Assembly (NCBI GenBank): GCA_963713975.1
Contig: OY970218.1
Span: 1,152,001 to 1,216,000 of the forward strand
Length of the DNA: 64,000 nt
From: an uncultured Chloroflexia bacterium
GTDB lineage: Bacteria > Chloroflexota > Limnocylindria > Limnocylindrales > CSP1-4
Direction: 5' to 3'
The notes under the pieces were generated by a model. That model worked only from the letters and a program-made list of their open reading frames with translations, did no database searches and was not told the origin of the DNA. The position numbers were made by a program, and so were the translations under genes. Within the stretch, counting starts at the first letter, position 1. Each line of letters begins with the position of its first letter. Shown in pieces: positions 56,971-64,000 of this stretch.

Positions 56971-59099
56971 GGATCTTCCCGAAGGACAAGGTTGTCGGGA
57001 TCTTTCGGGGATTCAGCGAGGGCGGGCTCGAGTTCCACGCGGATCTCGTCCTCCCGTACCGCCCCGAGTTCCAGGCCTCGCCCATGCATGGCCAGTTCGT
57101 CGTGGTCGCGCTCGAGTCCGATGACGAGGCCGTCCTTGGCAGGATCACCTCAGTCAGCGCCCAAGGCCGCCTCGCCTCTGGTCCAGGTGAGGACTACAGC
57201 CTTCGGGCTGTCCGCGACGAGCGGTCTGTTCCGGAAGACCTTCGCGAGCAATACTTGAAATACCAGGTCGACATCCGGGTCCTCGGGGTGATTCGTGCGG
57301 TGAACGGCGAGGTCGTCTACGCGGCATCGCATCGACGACTCCCCCACGTCGGCAGCAAGGTCGCCTTTCTCGGCGACGAGCTCGTCTGCGAACTTGCCGG
57401 GGCAAACGCTGAGGGAGCCGAGCTTGGCTACTTCGCGCTCGGTGAGTTCATCTATGCGGGCGCAGACGAGAGATTCCAGGCGGAGCCGTGGATGCGGATG
57501 ATGGCGCCGCGGGTGACGCCGAAGTTCCCGGTCCAGCAATTGGTTTCGCGTCGGACCTTCGTCTTCGCGAGGGCGGGCTTCGGGAAGTCGAATCTCGTGA
57601 AACTCCTGTTCAGCGACCTTTACAGCCAGACGCCGACCGTCGAGAAGCGCGGTGGTCGACGCGTACCGGTTGGGACGGTCATCTTCGACCCCGACGGCGA
57701 GTACTTCTGGCCGGACGACAAGAATCGGCCCGGTCTGTGCGACGTACCAGGCCTGCGCGACCAAATCGTCGTTTTCACCAACCGAAAGGGTCCAAGCGCC
57801 TACTACCAGTCGTTCGTGGTGGGCGGGATCAAGCTCGACATCCGTCGCCTACGGCCGGCGGATGTTGTCGCGATCGCCCTCGCCCCTGAGAAGCAGGATC
57901 AGCAGAACGTGCGGAAGCTGAAGGGCCTGAGCGACGGCCGCTGGACACAGCTTGTCGACGAGATCTACCGAAACGGAAACAACGCGGACGAGCAGAAGCT
58001 GATCGAGATCCTAGGGCTGCAGGATCGCCAGGAGATGGAACTCTACGCAGCCCGAGCAAACATGACAGAGATCGTTCGGATGCTCCACGATCCGAGCAGC
58101 CAGATGATGGATATGCTCCTCGCGGCACTTCGCGACGGGAAGCTATGCGTCATTGATGTCTCCCAGATGCGGGGAACTCCCGCACTCGTTCTCTCGGGCC
58201 TAGTCCTCAATCGCATCTTCGACCACAACCAGCAGGAGTTCACCGAGGCTGCCCCTAAGACGATCCCGACAATCGCGGTCGTCGAGGAGGCACAGTCGGT
58301 CCTGTCGAACACGGGAAGCTCCGGATCAGGGCCCTACATCTCGTGGGTGAAGGAGGGCCGCAAGTACGACCTAGGCGCCGTCTTGATCACGCAGCAGCCG
58401 GGGAGCATTCCTCAGGAGATCCTCAGCCAGGGCGACAACTGGTTCATCTTTCACCTGTTGTCGGCTGGGGATCTCGCAGCCGCGAAACGTGCAAACGCTC
58501 ACTTCAGCGACGACCTCCTCAGTTCGCTGCTGAACGAACCGCTCCCAGGACACGGCATCTTCTGGAGCTCTGCCGGGGGCCGGGCCTACCCAGTGCCAAT
58601 CCGCGTTCTTCTGTTCGAATCGCTTTACCACCCATCCGATCCAACGTACACAAGAGATGCCGAGGACACCTACGCTGCCGGCCTCCGGGAGCGCTTCAGG
58701 AACACCGTCTCGCAGGTAAGCGATGCCGCGGGTGGGGCGACAGAAACACCCGCATCCGCCGATGATACGGCCACCGACGAACATACGATCGACTTCCTCG
58801 AGACCCTTAAGGAGTCGGCGATCCGCAAGGTCGAGAGGGACGGCGAGGTAGGCCGGCGCGTGAGGGGCGGCGGCATGCCATGGCGCGGGGTGGTGCAGTC
58901 CCTCGAGGACGCGCTACCCGACGAGATCGATGACAAGAACAATCTCGCCTACCAACTCGTGCGGCCCGCCCTCGACCAAATCCTCGGCCTTAACGGCTGG
59001 CATACAGAGCGCCGCGAGTCTAGATCAGTGGCCGGCAGGACGACCGTGTGGGTCGTTATGGGTCCCGAGCCTGCAGCTGATCGTCCTGCAGAGTCCTAA
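56967..59099 (+). CDS. HerA-family (DUF87) ATPase/DNA translocase
   Basis: N-terminal HAS-barrel-like region; ARAGFGKS, IFDPDGEY, VVEEAQ, EGRKY, ITQQP. Confidence 0.9.
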   Translation: MRIFPKDKVVGIFRGFSEGGLEFHADLVLPYRPEFQASPMHGQFVVVALESDDEAVLGRITSVSAQGRLASGPGEDYSLRAVRDERSVPEDLREQYLKYQVDIRVLGVIRAVNGEVVYAASHRRLPHVGSKVAFLGDELVCELAGANAEGAELGYFALGEFIYAGADERFQAEPWMRMMAPRVTPKFPVQQLVSRRTFVFARAGFGKSNLVKLLFSDLYSQTPTVEKRGGRRVPVGTVIFDPDGEYFWPDDKNRPGLCDVPGLRDQIVVFTNRKGPSAYYQSFVVGGIKLDIRRLRPADVVAIALAPEKQDQQNVRKLKGLSDGRWTQLVDEIYRNGNNADEQKLIEILGLQDRQEMELYAARANMTEIVRMLHDPSSQMMDMLLAALRDGKLCVIDVSQMRGTPALVLSGLVLNRIFDHNQQEFTEAAPKTIPTIAVVEEAQSVLSNTGSSGSGPYISWVKEGRKYDLGAVLITQQPGSIPQEILSQGDNWFIFHLLSAGDLAAAKRANAHFSDDLLSSLLNEPLPGHGIFWSSAGGRAYPVPIRVLLFESLYHPSDPTYTRDAEDTYAAGLRERFRNTVSQVSDAAGGATETPASADDTATDEHTIDFLETLKESAIRKVERDGEVGRRVRGGGMPWRGVVQSLEDALPDEIDDKNNLAYQLVRPALDQILGLNGWHTERRESRSVAGRTTVWVVMGPEPAADRPAES

Positions 59100-59158
59100 G
59101 CGCAAACGGGAAGTCTAAAGTCCCACTCCGGGGCATCGCGAAGGTTCTCGAGCGTTCG

Positions 59159-59710
59159 ATGAGCGCGGACACGATCGGACGCTGGGAGCGCCGAGGCGAA
59201 GAAGGCCGCGAAGGGCGTCGGGGCGTCCTATCAGCCGGTCGGCTTGCCCGTGGACGAGATGCTGCACCCGTGATCATCTACGAGCCAGTCGAGGCCCACG
59301 CGCCACTCGGCGAGGATGACTACTGCGCGGCCCATGACCGCGAGCCGGGCCGCGACCGTTGGGACGCCGACGCGTATCACCGCAGACTCGCGGCCAGCGG
59401 CACCCGGGCCTGGCAGATCACCACCACGGGAGCGCGTGCGTTGTGGATCCAAGCCAGGGCTGGGTTCTCGTTCGCGGACGTCGGTCCCGAGCATGAGCCG
59501 TCGGCGCTGATCGCCCTCGCGCCCGGCACTCGGCTGCGCCTCGACTCTGTCAAGGTCGAGCGCTGCTACACACCCGAGGACCACGAGTCCACGACACGGC
59601 GTTTCTGCGTCCTCGACGGGCCTTTCGCGGGCACATGCTGGAGCGCCAACGAGTCGGTCGCGCACGGGTCCGACTGGCGCTCGGACGACCCTGTCGACCC
59701 GCTCGCCTGA
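59159..59710 (+). CDS. Hypothetical protein (start uncertain)
   Basis: ORF with plausible codon usage in its 3' two-thirds; no recognised motif. Confidence 0.5.
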   Translation: MSADTIGRWERRGEEGREGRRGVLSAGRLARGRDAAPVIIYEPVEAHAPLGEDDYCAAHDREPGRDRWDADAYHRRLAASGTRAWQITTTGARALWIQARAGFSFADVGPEHEPSALIALAPGTRLRLDSVKVERCYTPEDHESTTRRFCVLDGPFAGTCWSANESVAHGSDWRSDDPVDPLA

Positions 59711-59742
59711 GCGGTCGCGGATGCGCGATCGTGTCGACAGCC

Positions 59743-60202
59743 ATGACTGATCCGCGACTCGTGGCCTTCACATATCCAGGCGAGGACAAGCCGGTCGGCG
59801 TGATCGAGCGCGGGATGGCGCCAGACGTGGTCGGCATCATCGTCTCGGCCGCCGCCGCTGTTCGCCGCAGCCTCGACGCATTCCCTGGCCGCCGGATTGG
59901 ACTGCCGCCATGCCTGCAGGGTGTGGGAGGTGGTTCTGAGGGACGAGAGACTCGCCGTGTGGACGAACGGCGGCGAGGGCGTGGACGACGACGTGGTGTC
60001 GTCCGACTACCGCATAGTGCCCCTCGACAAGCGCAGCGGCTATCGGGAGCGCGACGGCCAGGTTCACCGGCACTACTGGCTCGAGATCGGCCCCGAACGT
60101 TTCCTCTTCGACCCGACGGCCCACCAGTTCGACGACACAGGCGGCGTCTCGCTCGACCGGTACACGGTCAACGGCGAGGCCCTAAACCCTGCTGGCGAAT
60201 AG
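59743..60202 (+). pseudogene. Frameshifted protein with a papain/transglutaminase-like C-H-D pattern
   Basis: MTDPRLVAF... shifts frame near 59895 into DCRHAC...HYWLEI...FDPTAHQF. Confidence 0.45.
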
Positions 60203-60220
60203 GTCGGCGGCAGGCCGCCG

Positions 60221-60905
60221 CTATGCAGTCGCCCGTGGCAGGGTGAAGCCCGCGGCCTCGAGGACGGCGTTGAGGCGATCGTCGGCGATCCGGCGCTGCT
60301 CGTAGACGGCCGTCGCTACGAAGATCAGGCCTCCCTCGTTCTCCGCGATCAGCGCGTCGGCGCGGACCTCGGCGTCGGCGACGAGTTCTTGGATCCGCAC
60401 GATCGTGCGGGTCTTGACGTCCGACGTGAGATAGCCGTGCGGGAGACCGTCCTCGCCGCGGCAGAGGTCCGGGCCGCCGAAGCCCGCCTTGATGAACCGC
60501 ATCGCGATCGCCGTGGCGGTGTCGTAGTCGTTCTCGCAGCCGCTGGTGTGCTCCCCTAGGATGCATCGCTCCGCTGCGGCCCCGGCCATCGCAACCAGGA
60601 GTGTGTCGAGCATTCGGCCCTTGGTCTCCCAGGGCACCGATGTGTCCTCGAACGGCCCGCCGAGCATGGTCGCCCCGCCGTGGCGAAGGGGTGATGTCAA
60701 TGCCGCGCACCAGCACCTTGGTCGGCGAGGCCGCGGCGGCAATGGCATGCCCCTATTCGTGGATGGCCACGAGCCGCTGGCTGGCGTCCCACGCGAGGAT
60801 GTGGTCGCGGGCCGCCGGGCGGACGGTCATCTCGACCATCTCGGTGTTGGACTTGAGGGCCGGGATCGTCAGGGCTGTCGTGCCCGTCTGCGCTTCTTCG
60901 TTCAT
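60221..60905 (-). pseudogene. Stand-alone peptidase M41 (FtsH protease domain)-like gene, frameshifted
   Basis: RLVAIHE|IGHA split by a 1-bp loss; AMAGAAAE...TSGCENDYDTAT; no AAA domain. Confidence 0.72.
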
Positions 60906-61040
60906 GCAATTCACGCTGCGGCAGAAGGCTCGCAAACGCAATGGGGTCCGGGATCAAGCGTCCGCGAATTTGACGGCCGGCCGCTCAGGCCGAGGGTCCG
61001 GCATCCAGACCACCGTCCCGCCCTGAAGAAGGACCTCGTC

Positions 61041-61479
61041 ATGACAATCCGGATCCCCGCCGCCTGCGCGGTTGCCTTGCTCGCCGCCGCATGCGGCGCC
61101 CCGCAGCACTCGATCACAGGCATTGTCGTTCTCGAAGACAGCGCGTCGGCGTTCTACAACGGCCTCACCGATGGCGTGGTCACATCTCCAGACGGTTGGA
61201 AGGGGATCGACGGCTACGACGACATCGCCCGCGGCGCGGTCATCAAGTTGGTCAACGAGGCCGACACCGTCCTAGCCGTCGGCTCCCTGGGCATCGGGGT
61301 CCTGGGCACCGATGGCAAGCCGGGAGAGAACGGGTGCACCTTCCCGTTCACGTTCGAGAAGGTTGGCCGATGCAATGTCCTACTCCGTGACGATCGGCAC
61401 TCGCGGCGGACCGGACTGGACGCAGGCCCAGATGGAGTCGAACCACTGGAACATGGCGCTCACGCTCGGCACGTCCTAG
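61041..61479 (+). pseudogene. Lipoprotein, frameshifted near 61365
   Basis: Lipobox LAAAC; GYDDI...CTFPF; continues in another frame YSVTIGTRGG...LTLGTS-stop. Confidence 0.55.
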
Positions 61480-61512
61480 CGCCGATTCTTGCCACACTTC
61501 AGGCCGGCGGCC

Positions 61513-62715
61513 CTACTTGCGCTTGCGGACAGACGTCTCCTTGGACCACTTCGAGTACAGGACCATTGCGCGCTCGATGTCGTCCGCCCAGCCCGGCAGG
61601 CGCTCGAGCGCCAGTTCAGGCGTTATCAGGCTCACATCGGGGTTGGCCGAGATCGTGAATGTGTTCCAGTGACTTGAGGGCCCTGACGTGGTGCCCTGAG
61701 GCGGGCTGAACCGCCCGATGCGCTCGGCCGTGCGCTGGACTTGGCCCCACTTGTCGTTGCTCCACGCCGTGTCCTTGGTCAGCGGCTCCTTCGCCAGCCT
61801 GCCGTCGAGCGACGTCGGGTGGCGCTCGATCAGTTCGACGAGGCGCGGGTCCACCGGCCCGGCATCGATCAGCACCGCCAAGGGTGAGACCGGCCGAGGA
61901 ACCAGAATGTTGGGATCGAGGTCCCGGGCATTCCAGCGCCTCCGGTGGTCGCAGGCGAAGCACTGCTTGGTTCGGGGTTCCCGCTCGGTCAGCGCCCACG
62001 GGCCGTCCCTCTTGCCACAGAGCGTCTTCCGGCCATCGCCGGCGTGATAGCCGGCCCGGAGCACGGTCTTGCCTTCCCCACGCTGGGCCAGCCGCATCAT
62101 GTAGACCTGCTGGACGATGTCGAATCGCGCCAGGTCCACCTCCGGCATTGCGGCCATGGCCGTAAGGCACGCCTTGCACATGGAGCCCCTCGGCCAGCGC
62201 TTCAGCGATGACGTCCAGCGCCCGGCGGCCTCGCAGAGCGGCGTCTGCGCGCCGACGTGCCATGTCGACGACCCGCGACTGCCCGCCCGGTCGGACAGCA
62301 GCCTCAACTCCTGGTCGCCGACACGCTGGATGTAGGTCGGGGGCTTGGGCTTGGGCTCCGCCCGGGGGCGGGTCGGCCTGAGGACCGGTCTCGGCGCGGG
62401 TCGCTCCGTCACCAGGGGCTTCGGGGCGGGCGGCGGGACCGGCACCTCGCCGCCGCCCGCGTCGATCCACTCGTCCAGCCATGCGCGCCTGAACCGGATC
62501 CGGTCGCCGACCCGAGTGGAGCGGACCTTGCCGCCCACGGCGAGGTTGCGCACCGTCGTGGTCGAGACGGCCAGGTAGCGGGCGGCGTCAGCGATCGAGA
62601 ACAGCGGCTCCGGAGCGGCGGCGGACGCCGGCTCGCCGCCCGCGGCCGAGCGAACGAAGTCCGCGAACGCCCGGATCAGCGTCGCCTCGGCCGAGTCGTC
62701 CACCTCCTCATCCAC
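61513..62715 (-). CDS. Excisionase-type HTH protein with Pro-rich linker and two putative zinc fingers
   Basis: FSIADAARYLAVSTTTVRNL...RVGDRIRFRRAWLDEW; H..LC..CKAC and H..LC..CFAC. Confidence 0.8.
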   Translation of the reverse strand: MDEEVDDSAEATLIRAFADFVRSAAGGEPASAAAPEPLFSIADAARYLAVSTTTVRNLAVGGKVRSTRVGDRIRFRRAWLDEWIDAGGGEVPVPPPAPKPLVTERPAPRPVLRPTRPRAEPKPKPPTYIQRVGDQELRLLSDRAGSRGSSTWHVGAQTPLCEAAGRWTSSLKRWPRGSMCKACLTAMAAMPEVDLARFDIVQQVYMMRLAQRGEGKTVLRAGYHAGDGRKTLCGKRDGPWALTEREPRTKQCFACDHRRRWNARDLDPNILVPRPVSPLAVLIDAGPVDPRLVELIERHPTSLDGRLAKEPLTKDTAWSNDKWGQVQRTAERIGRFSPPQGTTSGPSSHWNTFTISANPDVSLITPELALERLPGWADDIERAMVLYSKWSKETSVRKRK

Positions 62716-62850
62716 CGCACGAATCTAGCCCGCAGTCCTCTCGCCGGCGCGTCGAGAACGTTGACGCGGTGATGGACTCGCCGATGTTCCGGTCAGCGGC
62801 TTGCGACCGGCGACACCAGTCGTCGAACGGGCCCGACCGAGGGCCCGAAT

Positions 62851-63385
62851 GTGGTGAGCAGGAACGACCGCCGGACCGAGGATCTCGTCCGCGACCACTT
62901 CAGGCGAGACGCGTACCCGCGTCTGACCTCAGAGGAGCAGAAGAGCGCAGCCCCCCGGATCACGAAGTGCCTCGGGGCCGCCAGCAAGCAGGGCCCCGGG
63001 ATCGGCAAGCCCGAGTTCCTGCTCCATAGCCCTGACGCTCCCGGGTTCGTCGTGGTGATCGAGTGCAAGGCCAATTCGGCCAAGCACGCGAGCCGGAGCG
63101 TCGACCTCGCAGCCCCGTGACACGCGGGAGGCCAAGGACTACGCCGTCGACGGCGCCGTCCACTACGCCAAGCACCTCTCCACCGCGTTCGACGTCATCA
63201 CGATCGGCGTCAGCGGCGAGACGGCCGGGACCATGAAGGTCTCCACCTTCCGCCGTCTCAAGGGCGCGACGACCGCAGAGGAACTGCGCGACGAGAACGG
63301 CCCGATCACGACCCTGCTCGGGTTCGACGACTACCAGCGCCTCCGCAACTTCGAGCGCATGAGTCTCGGGAGCACGGCGCTCTAG
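62851..63385 (+). pseudogene. BcgI-alpha-like (type IIB) restriction enzyme N-terminal nuclease fragment
   Basis: GKPEFLL...VIECKA...H, frameshift near 63115, then DYAVDGAVHYAKHLS..FDVITIGVSG; stops before any MTase domain. Confidence 0.7.
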
Positions 63386-63440
63386 TCAAGCACGTTTCGA
63401 GGGTCGAGAGATCACCCAGGTCACGACCAGCCAACAGATC

Positions 63441-63468
63441 GTCACGCATCCGGGCAGCGATGCGTGAC
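63441..63468. promoter_or_regulatory. Perfect 10-bp inverted repeat with 8-bp spacer upstream of the R-M gene
   Basis: GTCACGCATC-CGGGCAGC-GATGCGTGAC. Confidence 0.5.
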
Positions 63469-63490
63469 TACAGCCCGTAGGCTGTCTCTC

Positions 63491-64000
63491 ATGAATGTCA
63501 GTCGGGGGACCATTCGCTCCTACCTCAAGGGGCTCCAAGACATCTCGCTCGTCTCCGGCGCGACGGAGCACACGTACCGCGAGCCGCTCGTGACCTTCCT
63601 CGTGGCGGCGAGCAAGGACCTCGGCCTCGGGCAGGTCGGCGTCCACGGCGAGTTGCGCCTCGCGTCCGTCGGCCAGCCCGACCTCCAGGTCGTCAACGCG
63701 GCCGGCTCGCCGATCGGCTACGGCGAGACCAAGGTCCCGGGCTCCGCGACCGACTTCGCCAGGACCCTCGAGAGCGAGCAGGTCGAGCGGTACCGAGCCA
63801 GCATCCAGAACCTCCTCGTCACCGACTTCATCCACTTCTCGCTGTTCCGCGCCGACGTCGGCCGCCTCGACGTGACGCTGGTCGAGACACCCGCCAAGAT
63901 GGCCGCCGGCTCGCACGCGGTCTCGGAGCCCGTGCTCCTACAGTTCAGCCAGATGCTGGCGGCGTTCTTCTCGGCGTCCGCCCCGAGCGCGACCTCGGCC
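63491..64000 (+). CDS. Type IIG/ISP-like restriction-modification enzyme, N-terminal nuclease domain (runs off window)
   Basis: ATEHTYREPL...GQPDL...IGYGETK...EQVERY...NLLVTDF (PD-ExK); open to the window end; absent from the ORF track. Confidence 0.75.
   Translation, partial: MNVSRGTIRSYLKGLQDISLVSGATEHTYREPLVTFLVAASKDLGLGQVGVHGELRLASVGQPDLQVVNAAGSPIGYGETKVPGSATDFARTLESEQVERYRASIQNLLVTDFIHFSLFRADVGRLDVTLVETPAKMAAGSHAVSEPVLLQFSQMLAAFFSASAPSATSA

Larger units (their letters stand above)
21586..64000. mobile_element. Tandem array of integrated elements (genomic island) delimited by att-like repeats; outer limits not defined
   Basis: Five att-like copies, recombinase remnants, phage HNH, Fic, excisionase-like HTH, R-M genes and many truncated genes next to the repeats. 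Confidence 0.7.

Noticed and set aside
59099-59160. GCAAAC...AAAG stretch as a c-di-GMP-I riboswitch
   Set aside because: It lacks the paired P2/GNRA tetraloop and P3 receptor architecture.

Overview
High-GC bacterial DNA; gene content and style suggest Chloroflexota, which is an inference only. About 1-12 kb looks like core genome: holB C-terminus, acylphosphatase, thioesterase, amidohydrolase, two c-di-GMP enzymes and an ABC exporter. At 12.4-20.5 kb is a hyfBCEFGHI-like group 4 membrane [NiFe]-hydrogenase operon. Its large subunit keeps both CxxC motifs in an Ehr-like context, and the operon shares a 16-bp candidate operator with the adjacent ArsR gene. From about 21.5 kb onward the window reads as a tandem array of integrated, partly decayed elements. 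These are separated by five copies of a site whose left arm is the reverse complement of a tRNA-Arg 3' end (TGGCGCGCCCGACAGG). The site is palindromic around a GG dinucleotide and lies inside the C-terminal coding sequence of a large serine recombinase, which is translationally coupled to a small HTH gene. Cargo includes five MDR oxidoreductase paralogs, ABC transporters, two-component and LuxR regulators, a phage-type HNH remnant, Fic genes and an adenine deaminase. The last unit is a defence island: an intact DNA methyltransferase-NurA-HerA operon, a BcgI-like remnant and a type IIG/ISP-like R-M gene running off the window. The two best candidates for an undescribed system are the MTase-NurA-HerA operon and the att-within-integrase/HTH switch. 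All calls come from motif recognition; no searches were run.
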